A DNA stretch of 64,000 nt from NCBI GenBank assembly GCA_003344405.1, contig NOWV01000150.1:1-64000 (forward strand). The letters run 5' to 3'. Below are positions 1 through 14,429 of this stretch, in pieces. A model generated the notes under the pieces. That model was given only the letters and a program-made list of their open reading frames with translations. It did no database searches and was not told the DNA's origin. The position numbers were made by a program, and so were the translations under genes. Source of the stretch: Trichoplax sp. H2. Its lineage: Eukaryota. How positions within the stretch are numbered: position 1 is the stretch's first letter; every line of letters begins with the position of its first letter.

Positions 1-5
1 CTAAC

Positions 6-2594
6 CGTAAGAATTGTTCCGCCAGACATTTCTCCAGCTGCAATTAAAGTAGAGCCGTACCAAAATGCTAGAGCATACGATCCAAACATTACGAGAAACG
101 TAAGTGCAATACCGATACCTACAACGAATGATTTTTTGATACCAACGCGCAATGCATGATCTAGTTGACCGTCATAACTGATGGGTATAATAAAAAGTTT
201 AAGAAAAACCTTTAGGTTATTTATAACAGTTTCAAATATATGTCAATTGATATTACAGAAATTACCGCTCGCAGGCCTTTTTCTCTCCTCCGAAAGAAAC
301 TACAGTTCTAACTGACGAAAGTATTTCTTCTGCTACTCCGCCAGCTTTTGAATATGCTTCCAATTCTTTATTAGTGAATGCAGATCCAAACTAAAAAAAG
401 TTTTAAAGATAGAGTTTACTAATATGAAGGCACAGTTAAAAATAATTGATATTTTGGTGATGTAAATTATAATATGGATCTTTACCTTTGACATGAAGGC
501 AGCTACAATAGCTAATAACGGACTTATCGCTATGATTACCAACGTTAATTTCCATCCTCGAACAAATCCCATAGTAAAACCGGCAATACACGCAGCCATC
601 CATTGGCAGTAAGTCGCAGCTTTATCCCCAATACCGTCATGAATTTTGTTGATGTCACTAAGAATGAAATTGAAAATTTATATGATAATGTAATTGAATC
701 TTAAAGATTGTAATATATTCGTTACTAACTCTGATAAACGAGTGATAAGTTCTCCGCTCTTATGTGTATCGAACCAGCCAATATCTTGTCGCATAATAGA
801 CTTGAAGAAGTTGACTCTAATCTGGTAGGTTTGCCTCTCGCTAACTATTACCCACGATGATATCTGTAGGTAGGACACAACTAATACAGCACAGGCCAAG
901 ATTATGAAATATATCATGAAACGATGGACACTATCTTCTAAGCCTTGTGACGCAATGGAAGTGTTTACAGCGGTAATACTAGTATTTGTTGCAGTATTTA
1001 CTAACGAAACATTGCTACATCCTGAGATTGCTGATATATTAATTGCAGCAGGTCCGGATTGGGTAAATGAGATAAAAGAATCTGTCAGGTCGCCGAAGAT
1101 TAACATCATTAACGGCATAGAAGCTCCATTAGCTATACCAAATATGCTTCCAATGACCATAAGAAATTTATCAACTGAACTCGCATATCGGAACTTGTGA
1201 GTATCAAAAATAAATAAAATAATAGTTATGAGACATTGAGAGATAAAGTATAGCGAATTTTGTAACATACCAGTAAAAATCTTAAAAGGTGAAATTCTAA
1301 TGCTTATATCCACATTGCATTTTAAGCTTTAAGTTATAGTTAAATATCACCATGCAAGGAAGATTTAAAAGATTTTATAAATAAGTATCTTACAGTACAA
1401 CGACTGCTTCAACTTTACGCAATATGATATCTAAGGATTCTAATAGGTAAGTAAATCACAGGAACCATAATGATAACGAATTTAGTATTATATGGCACAA
1501 TTATAATGACACATACTTTTTATCACTGTTATTAATAAGGTTGAATGCAGGTGTAATTACGATACTATTACGAATTTTGTTCATGGAGCATTAATATAAT
1601 CAATCAAGTAATGATACTATGCACCGTGTTGGTTGACAATTGCAGTAAATTATATTGTATTTGCACAACCAAACACGTTCTTAAGATGCTATCATTTTAA
1701 TTACCAATTGAAAATATGGCACACTCTTTTCAATAACTTCATCTTCTTTCCTATAATATTATATACTGTCAATCGGTGTCCATTTATATCGTACAGGTTA
1801 GCAGAAATAGCAAATGGAAACAATTGCTAAAATAGCACAAATACTGTAGTACTGTTGCATGTACATGCACTTGATAACAAATTTCTGTTAAATAAGTGGC
1901 AATTTTCGTACCACAGGGCTAGCTATCACCAAGCAAATTTATTGCCAATAAACAAACATTCATGAAATATCATTGTTCGTATTGGAGTAAATTTAGTAGA
2001 TCACAGCTAGGGTTAACAATCGAAATTATTTTAATTTTAACAGTATACTAATTTAACATTCTATCGCTTCGCTGACAGAGATGCTGTATCACAGTTTTAA
2101 TGTGATGATTATTTTTAAGTTTATAGTATGTAAGGAATTTACTGCTTTCAGCCATAGAAAGGATTGCTTGTTTACAGAGACAACTGTCAAGATAGATTCA
2201 CAAATATGCTACAAGTATAAACAGATATAGACATAAAATGTAGTATCCCTGTATTGTCATGATGTTATTAAAAATTACGTTACTGTAAATGATTAAATTA
2301 AATGTTTACTAGCTACAGTGCTCGATAATCATCATTATATGGTCATATCAGAGACACAGGAGTATTGTAGTACGGCATGTTGAATATTCGTATAACAATA
2401 TATTTGACCACTAGTGGGTAGTCAGTGAACAAAACAGTGTATTCATTCCGTACTAACTTGCTTTTCTGGAACCATTTCTTCCTTGGCTTTGCGGCTATAA
2501 AATCTACCTGATTGTGATCTTTGCTACTATCTGTGCCTTGATCATGATTTGCGGCTTCTAAGTCAACGCCTTCTCTCGAAACCGATCGTTGCAT
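6..2594 (-). CDS. ABCB1: ABCB1/MDR1-like (P-glycoprotein) full-transporter gene, 5' part (TMD1); continues beyond the left edge
   Basis: Spliced exons with GT-AG ends: 2594-~2458, 1750-1705, 1193-730, 657-486, 390-266, 177-6. Peptides [12 protein letters not shown]..., [48 protein letters not shown] and [28 protein letters not shown] are typical of ABCB1/4/11 TMD1. Exact paralogue is not resolvable by eye. Confidence 0.9.
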
Positions 2595-5500
2595 GTTCTT
2601 TATTGACTTGCAATTCGCCTGTGCTTATCTTCTGAGGATATTGTTCTTCTTTTTCTAGTACTGTCCAATAAAATGAAATAGGTGCAATCTCAAATTATAA
2701 GGAAATTCAGTTACAGATTAATTACGGCAGATTGACTGGTAGATGCAGTCATTTAAGGTTAGTAATATAAGGAGATTGATAGTTTCAAGGTCTGGCACAA
2801 CGCCAGCGGTACAATGGACGAGAGTGGCTCTGTACTGTACACTATACTACAGTAGAGACCAGTGTACTGCATAAAAATAAACTACAGTTAATTAAGGTTA
2901 ACAAATTTGATCATCAGTTTTGTATCAACTTTGGTGTAGAATACTATCCGCAGCTGGTATAACATTAACAAACACAGAACTGTAAGTAACAGTACAATTT
3001 TCTGCGATCACAAACTATAGTGTGATTTACGTTTTTGAGTTTTTAAGACAGAAGACAAATAACATCATACAGTAAATATGAAAATAAACCATACCATCAT
3101 ATGTTGACTGAATTAATAGTTGCTTATTTATGTAAGTAAAGCACTGAATCACACTGTATGAATATCAGACACTCCTTGAGACTTCGAACGTAACAAGATT
3201 TCATTTTATAAAGTAGGTAATGCGTCTTATATACAGTACAGCACTCGTATATGCTGTAGGCGAGAGACGCGTAGCCATTAGCTAATAAAGTGACCAAGTC
3301 ACATGTAGAGGTGAGATCATACTCGTACTATAGTAGTTACTCCAAAGCTGTGACGATGAAAACGATGTTATATCATCATTGTTCGTCCAATTAAGTTAAT
3401 GATTACTGTATAAGTAATTAATTAAGGCAATTCAGATTTGTTATAAAGTTGTAGTACAGTATACGAGTATTATAGTGCAGTATACCGTGAGCTATCTATT
3501 ATAAGAACTAGGGATTTCTAAAAGCGAAATCCTAATGGTAGTGTATTGCACAAACAAAAACATTGCACTCTGTATGCCAATCTTGTCATGAACGCATATG
3601 AAAATGGCATTACTGTATTTAATTATGCTCATCAATATAAAATCCATTTTACTGCAGCATTACTTTACGCGTTATTTTTGACCTTAACAAATTACACCGT
3701 AGAAGTATAACTATGTAATTAATTACTACCAATATCGCGTTGTATTATATTATACACAGTTATGATGTGATGATTGAAAAGACTTGTATGGTCTACACTA
3801 CCAGAAATTTTGAATAAATACACCGGTTACGTGTAACTTACGTCAAAGAAGTTTGCTAGTTATTTCCTATCAAACTACCATTACATTTCACAAACAATTA
3901 GCAACTCAAGAGCTATTTCTATCACGCAAGGCTTCATAGTCTACACATGTACATGGTATATGGATAGTATCTTGATTAATCGATCAGTTTTTCTCCGTTC
4001 TTCACCGATAGAAATCAAAGTTAACATCGTCATGTGGTACTGCTTATAAAGAAGTTAAGATTCGTACGATTTATACGTGTACTTTACCATAACTATTCGA
4101 GATACTGCGTACATAATTAATTCAATCAATGATTGAAACCATCTTTAAAGGAGTAAAGAGAATAGTAATATGGCGGTATATCATTCCGTCATCGTCAAAA
4201 GTAGCCATAGACCATGATAGCGTTTATGTGTATATCTAACTATTGAGGTGTCAGTTTGATGGATGAACAGTACACCTTATCCCGTCAATGGTGTCAGCCC
4301 ATACTGTACCTTTATTTATTTGCGATGCTGCTCAAAATAAATAGGAATCGGTGAAATTTTCAATGTCGGTGTTGTCTGGATACAGGATAATTCGCGGTGA
4401 TCATACAAACTACAACTATCCAATGTGCAGCTCCTATAGGGTAATTCTGTACTGCCTTCTTACTAGCTGTTACAGTGTTGCCTTGTCATTAGGATAGTTT
4501 AATAAGTACTATAGTAGCTAGTATGGAGAATATCCGTATTTGTAGTGCAAGGTAAGATAAGTAATGCCTTAACGTGGATGTTGTTTGCCAATTTAATTAA
4601 CCTGTATTTATGACTTTGTGATGATTCCAATTGCATGAAAAAATTGGACTGACGTCATTGCCAAATAACTACAATACAGTAAAAAGTAAATTATGTACGT
4701 CATAGTGAAATCAAAAGAGGATTCGTTGTATGACTTAACACTAGAGTTAACGCTGCTGTACTACAGCATAGGGAGTCATATTTTAAAGACTGATTCTTTA
4801 GCACCATGGTACTACTGTACTGTGCAGGACTATTTCAGCGAGGTGTACGATGAATTTAGTGCAAAACAAATGGATAAGTGTGGTATCATTTTTTCTACAG
4901 ACTGTACAATGTACATGTACTAACAGTAAAAGAAAATAGAGAAACGACGAACTTTCAGACTACATAAAATAAAATAAATAAATAATAGAAACGGTAACGA
5001 AAGGAAGTGAATGATTCTATCTGATGCCAACATCAATAGCATACAGTATCGCAAAGACTTTGCACAGTAATTAAAATTTACCAAAGTAACAATACATTTA
5101 TGCGAAATATCGGGACATCTACTAGTGATTAGTACACCATACAACCATACTTCTTTCTTTACTTTAATATTAGTACTTACCCGAGTTAACCCTGAATTAG
5201 AACTATACAGCGCATCCCCAGTGATAACACGCCTTTTTACTATTAACATTATTGATGAAGTCATTAAATCACAATCTGATTCTATTCATCGTTGCCATTG
5301 GCTACGACATTCTCACATTAATGAATTAATTAAATTAGCAGTAAATTAGATAAATCAAGAGAATTAATTAATAAACTTGCTACTTAATAGAAATCTGAGA
5401 AATCACACGACAGTGCTCGGTATTATGATCGTAGTTATTCGCTTCGGAAAAGATTGATTCAGATGCCACTGAGATTTCTATAATCTACTGTATATGTTAT

Positions 5501-7203
5501 TACATAAAAAAACACCACCGGCGTAATACAGTACTCTCCTGGAATTTGGGCAAAGCGTTTTAATTGACTACCTCGGTCTATGCTTCGCTTATTATTACGC
5601 GTGCTATACAGTACTCTACGTTTCTTTTGTGAAGAATAGTGTCATAGTATTCTAGTTCTATTCTGTAACGTAGTGCGACCAAATCACTTATATGCTGCTT
5701 GCTACTCCGTTTATATGCAAAAAGTTTAAAATATATTTTGTTTGAGTTTAGTATATAGCACCGTTTATGTTATTGTTATTGATGATGATTAATACAGTAC
5801 ACCACCAATTTTACGGTCACCATAAAACTACAACCCTTCCGGATAATTTACTAAATCAGTTATTATTGAAGTTTTGCATAGGACACCATACAATATAAGT
5901 GTAACTAGGAAAATCAATAGGATGCTGACATGAGTAGGGTGGCCGAAGAATCGGTGGTGTACTGTATTAGATTGAGCTTAATCATTCAATAGCTAATGTG
6001 ATTAAAGTACTGCATACGAATATGCCTCAATTACAGAGCTAAAGGAGAGCTGCATGGATTTCTGTAAATCCTAAAATGGATTATAGAGATAAAAAAAGTC
6101 TATGGAACCAAACTGAGTATCATCGATTGCTGGCAAGCATAACGCGCACCAGACAATCTGAATACTGTATTATCACTATCAGTCTTCTAATATTTTCTAA
6201 TTATGTTGTGTTGTATCTCGTAATGTCAGCAATAAAATAATGCGAAGGCATTGCAAGTATAATGCAGAGTGAGTATATAACTTATGCAGCGATAGAGGTC
6301 CTGGAAGGTCAGACTACTACTGTAGAATGCGGTTTTGTGTGTTAATAGTAAATAAATAATAGTTCGCTTCGACTTCTTTTGTGATTGATTCAAAATCTCT
6401 TAGGTGCTGTGAATATATTTTCAACTAATTACCTACCAGCTACATAATTTACGGTAACGTATTATCTTAGGTAACGAGTCATAATTTCTTGAACCTTATG
6501 AGAACATCTAATAAATTCTTAGGGTGATAGCACGATAAAAGCATATTTACACTGTAGTAGGTTCATGAGAAGGTTAATCAAAAGGATAAACAGTAATAAT
6601 TATACATAATTAATTTTGTTAACATTTTTTAATTAGCAACAGCATACTTGCAATCTAAAGATAGCCAGTTTAGTATTACTAGTTAATGATAATATGTTGA
6701 CAACGAATAGACTTCAGGGCTCAACACAGCTCACACAAATGCTACTCTGAACAATCGAGATTACATGTTATAAATTAAAGTAAAAAAATCAGGTAAGTCT
6801 AAAGATCTAGTAATAGCAATATAGTAATTTAATATAGCTTAAATTAAAGTAATTGTCTAAACTGCCCTTGCTAATATACTGAATTTATGATAATAACTTC
6901 GCTATTGAAATCTACAAAAAGTAGAATGCATTAATAATTTGTACAGTAGTACAATCTTTCGTTACGAGATTAGCTGCTAAATTTTGATAAAATCTGATAA
7001 ATAGTCTAATAAACCAATCCGTACTACATACACATGAAGAATAAAAATTTTGAGTAAGATGGATTTTAACCGTATTTATACTTGATCGTTTTGAAATGTT
7101 TAATAGCCTTGAAATTCGTACTTTACAAGTTATCAATTATGAATGAACGAGTTGATAAAAGGTGAGCCGCCATTGGATTGTATCGTAGTTTCATTTTACA
7201 CCC

Positions 7204-7637
7204 TTAAACTTGAGTGTTCTGTAATTTAAAGTAAACGCCTTCTTTTGCGATTAATTCATCATGTGTACCGAATTCTATAATCTTCCCTTTTTGAAATACG
7301 GCTATACCATCAGCGTTTCGAATGGTAGATAACCGATGAGCTATGACGATACAAGTACGCCCTTCTCGAGCTTTATCTAAAGCTGCTTGTACTATCTATT
7401 AATTATAATTAATTATGAATAGTTTAAAAACGATATGATAATCTAAAAATATAATAGAGTAAAGTTTATAACGTATAAAATAGTCTTTACCTTTTCACTT
7501 TCAGTATCTAATGCAGATGTGGCTTCGTCTAACAGAAGAATACGCGGCTTCCTAACAAGAGCACGAGCTATAGCAATACGCTGTTTTTGACCACCTGACA
7601 TCTGTGTACCTTTTTCACCTACTAAAGTTTCGTACCT
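7204..7637 (-). CDS. Orphan last two exons of an ABCB full transporter (C-terminal half of NBD2); gene fragment or small spliced gene
   Basis: Exon 7637-7491 (147 nt, ag/gt) = [49 protein letters not shown]. Exon 7395-7204 = [63 protein letters not shown]. Signature, Walker B, D-loop and H-switch are present. No Walker A or TMD exons were found between 7638 and the RAP1GDS1 stop at 9636. Confidence 0.88.
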
Positions 7638-8009
7638 CTAAAATGCAAATATATTGTGCCGAGCAAAATAAATACCATTCTTAATTCCGTTACTCGAAAA
7701 ATGTGACCATACTGCATGCAGAAAATGGAGTACAGTAACGTACAAACTGCAGAATACATTCCAACACAACAACGCCCGTAAGTTACCTTTTCCGATGTTC
7801 CAAAATATGAGAGGTAAAATTTTGATGTCAGCTTTCTATGGAGATAGGATAATTGTGACCACGAGCTACGACTATTTGCAACTCATATATTAGACGTTAA
7901 GGCACTTCTACCTTACCGCTGGGATCCAATTATGAGAAAATATTTGCAATCTCAGCGAATTTAAATTAGTGCCACGATTTAAAAGTGCGCAAAAAAGTCT
8001 AAATGTCAT

Positions 8010-8300
8010 ACTATACTGTATTGTACACTGTACAGTCCAGTGTATAGTGTACTGTACAATACAGCACAGTGCTATACACTGTACACTGTACACTGTACAG
8101 CTCAGTGAAATCATCATCATCTGCCACTGCCATCTTGGTATTTTAAATATGCAACAATATCGCTCTTGATCGAGTGGTCACGGTGTCACGTGCTCATGGC
8201 CACAGGCATGATTCCTCCTTTCTAGTGACCGTAAACTGTTACAACGTCCATAGTACTGTACAGTACTATACTACAGTTACATACTGTACTATATTGTACA
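8010..8300. repeat. ACAGT/ACTGT pentamer-rich array upstream of the orphan ABCB exons
   Basis: tactgtattgtacactgtacagt...gtacactgtacactgtacag (8013-8100) and tagtactgtacagtactatactacag (8251-8300). Confidence 0.75.
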
Positions 8301-9635
8301 GGACTAAATCGGCATGTGGCTTGCTGACATCTGTTCGAGGAGCCCATACTGTGAGTAGACCTGACTAAAGTTCAAATTATGGACCAGTATGGACAATGGA
8401 CAAATGGACATAAGAGCCTGAATGGCGCTGCACTATTCTTCTTTTTTCATTTATTTATTACTGTATTTATACCGTGTTTTCAGTGATACGGACGGAAACG
8501 CGATTGCGTCACTTTTATTAGTTTTTATGTATTGTTTTAGTTAATAAATAAAAATAAAATTAAAGCTTAAACTTGTAATTAACTTTTAACTTCTTTATTA
8601 TGCGCGGTATGGGGCAGGTCTCTTTCTCATAGTCTACTGACAGACTAATTACGTAATATCGCACATGATACAGCACTGGTAAGAATATTATAGGGCACTC
8701 TTATTAAAATACAGTGATAGCAAGGCATCCATAAGCTAAATAAATAAATAAACTACAGAACAATGTTTCGTTAGCACTACAGTAGAGAGTCTTACGGTAA
8801 TTAGCACCTTATTATGTACTGTACTGTACAAAAAAAGGACAGACAGAGATCATGCCAGAGTACAGTACAGTATTGTAAATTTGCAATTAAGCCATGTGGA
8901 GTACTGTACAGTAGCGCTGAAGTGAATAATTACAATAATAATTTGTACAGTACATATTCTGTTTAATCTAGATACATACAGTAAAGTACAAATAATCAGC
9001 ATTACTAATCAAGTGTAGATGATTCTCGTCGACTTTACAATGGCCAAAGAACTTTTAAAAAACGTTAACCTATAAACCTCTAAACTCTACATTGGGCGAA
9101 AATGCCCGGCTACGTGGGTTATGCATATCGAAATTTTTTTGTTTTCAGTAATGTAATAGATATTATTAAACGTTTTGTGCGACGGATTTTGTAGCTAGTT
9201 TTTTAATAATTAAATTAAATGAACACTACAATAACGATAAAGCGATACTGACCCTCACGAAAAGATAACCGGACTAGGGATTTCAATGCGTTATTTTATT
9301 TATTAGTAACGTATATGAGTATCTCATCCATGAAGGAAATTAAATAGATTTAAGCACAATAGTATCCAATAGGTACGCATAAAAAATATAACATGTATCA
9401 TACAAAATAAGATTTTTCAAAACGAATTTTAGCTCAACTTTATAAAGGACAATATTAAGTTTGCTTAGAGTTATTTACAATAAGATGCTTAATTGTTCAG
9501 CTTTGCAGATAAACTTCTAGTATAAGGCAATATCTGGGGCTTATACGAGTACATCACTATGCGATATACTGTACGTCTACCACAAAATAAGTAGTTATTC
9601 ACGATAAAGACAGTATGAAAAGTTAACACATAAAG

Positions 9636-12600
9636 TTACGCATCACCAAGACTACAGTTGTTTACAACATCCTTTGCTTTGGCTTTTACTAATTCACTGT
9701 CATTTTCACGAAGGCAATGAATAGCTTCTTCTACCCCGGCCAATTTCAAATTGGAATGATGTGGTTCAACTTTCCATAACATTTCAATCAAAGATAGCAA
9801 ATTGCAACGTACTTCAGCTATTACATTGCTGTCTTGAACAACTTTCACAACTTCTTTGACAATACCAGCTTCATGTAAGCTCTGATGAAGGCATTCTATG
9901 AGTATTAATAAGTCCATGATTAAGATAATTAAAGCGCTAACAAAAGCACTCGTATACTTATATTAGGACTTGCAATGCTAAGTATACGTAAGAGTAACGT
10001 ATGAATTTCCTTAAGCGAAATTTTCAGATGTTATATCGAACGGTAACAAATCGTAAATTATAAAATGCGGCATTATAATTATTGTGATTACAAGCCTACG
10101 TCACTTTTTCTGCTTTTATACGATAAATTCACAGATTAACATATTGGCAATTCTCAATCTTAGCTACCGTGTTGATATGAATATGAGCATGTACATTGTA
10201 CATAACGTACGTAATTGTAGTATTTTAGTACTTACCGTCAGCCACAGCTGACGTGATCAACAAAGCTACAGCACCCTCATTCTGTAACTGTGTATGCTGG
10301 TTATGCAACATAGAAATTATGTGGTCTATTCCTCCTATTGCAGCAATGTTTGTTATAATATTCTTGTTTTGTGTTTCTTTGATGATACAGGCCAGCAAAC
10401 GTAAAGCTTCGCTTGATACACCTTCGTGTTCTAATACATTACAAAGCTCGACAATACGGGTGAGAATTTCCGTACTAGATCCCAATTGATTGGCGACGGT
10501 ATCTGCGCAATATACAAATGATTTATATCACATAACTACAAATGTGTCGGAGTCACAAAACCAGGTAGAAACTAGAAAGTGTTAAAATACTTCTTCGCTA
10601 GTTTCAATTAAAAAGTAAACTATATAAAGAATTATAACTAAAGCTTATATTACATACCATTCCCAGTAGCTAGTAATCTCAGAATACTTAGCGATTTATA
10701 GATTGTGGGGGAGAATAGAGAGGACAATAACGATGATATCGAGTTGATTGAACCTTCGTTGATTAGTTTTGGTCTAACCGATGAGCAAATTGATAGATTT
10801 TTTATTGCGCTTAAGGCAGCAATCGCCAGTTTAGAATTTCTATCTGTATTTTCTATTGGTTTTACAGCTTCCAGTAAATTAGGGATAATCTCGAAGTCTG
10901 CTAATTTTTCACAATTTGAATCTAGATAATGGAGACGTAATATGATAGATAATGCAATCATAAGTATATCGATGCAGTATTATAATGAAACTGGTAGTAA
11001 TAATCTGTCAAATTCTGAGATTTCGCATTACCTGAACGAGCAATATTTCCAATTCCAAGGCAAGCGGCGGCTTTCAGATTTACCCTCTTATCTCTTAGCC
11101 ATCCCAGTAGAATAGGTACAATTTTGCCTGTTCCATTATTAAACATAATTTTCATGCTGTAGTTACCGCCTAGTAAGTGAACTATAATAGCCACTACATT
11201 ATCAATTGTTTCTTCATCTGTATCATCATCATTAACAATCTGTTCTATTTTCGAAATCATATTGTTAATACGCTCATCTTCTGAGATCTGCCTCTGAAAG
11301 TCGTCTGTAATCAATTGAAAACTTAAATAAGTAAAAAATTTTTCAGATGCATCTACGTATATTCTTGCTAACATGAAGATCATAATATCTGATTTCAGTT
11401 GGAGTATGAAGCGAAACGATGAACTTTATTACTAATTAATGTATTATCATTACTATCTGTTAGCAATGGCTATTACATACCGTCTTCAATGAATTCCATA
11501 ATTGTTTCGATTACTGATTCTTGAATAGCGTGATATTGACAGTCGCATAATAGAAACAGTAATAAATTTCCGGCATTATGTGCTATCATTTCTTTAATGC
11601 CTAGGTAACAAAACAAATAGACGTAACTATAGATATATCTTGGAAAGACATATTCACATTAAGTAAATGCCTTAAAGCAGGGCAATTACTGCTTGTATAT
11701 TGAGTCAAGACAATAAGAGGAAAACACGACCTTTAATGCCAATGATCGTTAATAATGAAAGAGCGCCACTGATTACTTTGCTATCATTTATTGACCGGAT
11801 GCAGTCAAGTAATGTTGATATAATACCAGCGGATAACACTAGGGTTTGATTTTCATCTATTAAAAGTATATTAATATAAAAGCGATTATTACAACTATCA
11901 TAATCAGCTTATAAGGTCTACAATACGTAAATTTTCTATATAAATTTTCTTAAACGCCCTTAAGCAAATTTATAATGGCGAGAAATAAATGCAAGAGGGG
12001 GATCATTAATACATACCACAGTCATTAATATAATTGAGAAGGCAGCCCAGTGAAACTTGCAACATATTAATGTTAGGCTTTGCAGTGCTACTTGAAACTA
12101 TCGAAATCAACTTTTCCGTAGCGCCATTACTAGCGATACATTGCCTACCAGTAGCTAATGATATATTAAAATGTTTTTAAAGTGTAACGATCTGTCAGTG
12201 ACGTAACAACTGCAAATATAGGTTAAAAGTTGTATGATGTACGATTAACAAGATATCAATACAATGGTATCCTACGGCAGTTTTGATATATTCGAGACAT
12301 TGAAGTTTTCAATTTAATTATAACTGTAGTGCATTATTACTTATAGACTTACGCGATTCGTAACATAAATTGCCTAAGGCACGCAGGCTTTGGTAGCAGT
12401 TTTTCTCGTCATCTGATTCGACTAGGCCAATTAATGAAGGAACAACCTGGACCTTTGCTATTCTATTTCGCCACTCATCGTGCTTGCAACACTCTGCAAT
12501 AAGCTGTGCTAGCTGTCCATGAGAACTTCTATAGTCGATATCTTTGAGATAAGCTGCGATTTTGAATTCAATACCAGAACTGAGCATTTGCTCGGCAGCT

Positions 12601-13493
12601 AATTCTGCAAAATGCATTAGTAAGTATTAGAAGAATAGCGCTAGGTAGGAGTAGAAGTCATTTTAGTGTATTCATACTTTAGCAGTCGACTAAAACATTC
12701 TTCTTATTGTTGTCGTAACATCACCTGTCCTGTAAACTACTGCTTGTTACCTTGTAGTGTACGCGCCAAAGAACGTGGGGAATCCTAGATATCGTACAAT
12801 ACTATTTACGGCTTATCTACATGCTACAAATGTTCACGTACATTAGGATATGGTATTAAAGTTATGTTCCTACTAGAGCTGATTTGTTTTCACAGTTCTC
12901 ATGTCTCGTTAACGTGTGTATGATATCGCGCTTGACGTAGGCTTCCAAATAAAGTAAACTAAAGGAAAGGAAAGCTTAAAATCTCAGATTCTTGATCTCG
13001 TTACAATTGTGATAGTACATTAGCAAGCATAATGATCGTTACAGGGTCCTGCTGCACAGTAATAAGTGCTTAAACCTTTCAGATTTGGTTTACGATTACA
13101 GATATAAGGTTAATATATGCTAATGATAGAAGTGCGTTATTTCATTGAACGTGATATGTACGGTAATAACCATCAGTAAGCACATATACTCATGCTTGAA
13201 GTCGTAAATACATTAATCGCCTACAAATAGAAATTAATTTATCTGATATGTGCAAATATGCACTGTGCACAAGTGAATAACATATATCAATTGGAGATCT
13301 TTCATAGCTGCATGGAGTATAATGTGAACAATACTAAAATCGACAGCATAGCATCTATCAGCATCATAAATCCGATACTATGAACTAGGCTTACCGTTAT
13401 TTTGCAAATCTGATAATATGGATGTTATTACTTCGTGAAGGTCTTCCTTTGAACATTGTTCAAATCGTGCGATGTCAGTATTGAAATCTGCCA
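9636..13493 (-). CDS. RAP1GDS1: SmgGDS / Rap1 GTPase-GDP dissociation stimulator 1 (armadillo-repeat GEF/chaperone); start-codon exon not located
   Basis: ARM-repeat exons: LAQLIAECCKHDEWR...YQSLRALGNLCYES (human GRALGNICYDS), AAACLGIGNIARS, AALSAIKNLSI, EGVSSEALRLLACIIK, HIISMLHNQHTQLQNEGAVAL, EVRCNLLSLI. About 9 coding exons, stop at 9636. The most 5' coding exon seen is 13493/13487-13395. Confidence 0.85.
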
Positions 13494-14429
13494 CTTCATT
13501 AAGGTAGATTAAATAGCACAAATAAGATATTGGAACGCTTTAAAGATTTTTTGAAATAAGCTGTAGTTATAAATACTAGCTAATTTCAGCGAAGAGTATG
13601 CAATTACAAGATCCTATAATTACGAGCATATAGCTTCAGAACAATGATCATCGTTCAATGCAGGATATATAGTAATCTATCAAGGCTACGAAAATCATAT
13701 CTATGTAGTATGCAGACATATATTGCTATATTGTATGGTAAGCTGTATTAATTATATCATGCTCTCAGCTAGCATGATAGCAAAGAAATCTTTATCAGGC
13801 CGGTAGGCAATGCTGAGATTTTTGCCTCTGCACTTTCGTAATCTTTTTACGATTTAAATTCGCTCTGTATACTGTAGAGTATTCCTATCAAAATTGATTC
13901 TAACTTGCAGTACACGCTATGTTGTATCACTAAGGACGTAGACTAAAATACTGTGTAGTATTAATAATATAGTACATGTAGGCTTTCATAATAATACGTG
14001 CATATTGAAGATATATGCACATCAAAGCAAAGTTGTTATGGCTTTCGGATCAATTGTACATATACCGAATTATTTTGGAAGTTTACTTATCGCTTACTTC
14101 AGTATGGAATTTTGTTACAATTGATAGAATCGGCTACCGCAGCTTGCATACGCAATGAATAGAATTGGGTTGGAATCAGTTGAAGACTCTGAAGATATGA
14201 AATAGGAATCGCATGCGTACAGTAATAGTGTAAAAAGATCTCACAAGGTTTATGATTGATTTGGGAAAGGGAATAGAATTTTTTGTTGCAAAAATGAATC
14301 CAATTTATTTACGATAGCCAATTAATTTAGGGTCAAATGCTTGAATGGAATTGGAAAACTAGCCTAGTGCTAACAGTAATCTTAATGAACATGATAGATA
14401 TCATACCACACTTACTGGTCTAAACTACG

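Noticed and set aside
904-1200. Antisense or alternative-frame ORFs over real exons (also 10253-10489, 10705-10929, 27091-27297, 39016-39362, 50677-51130, 59197-61738)
   Set aside because: Shadow ORFs of genuine coding exons with no independent homology signal.
8470-8610. Possible MITE (TA-CCGTG...CGCGG-TA)
   Set aside because: The terminal match is only ~5 bp and there is no second copy in the window.
13189-13220. Possible alternative or poison micro-exon in RAP1GDS1 intron (ttgtag...ATGA|gtatat)
   Set aside because: Splice-like signals of this strength arise often in AT-rich introns; no homology support.
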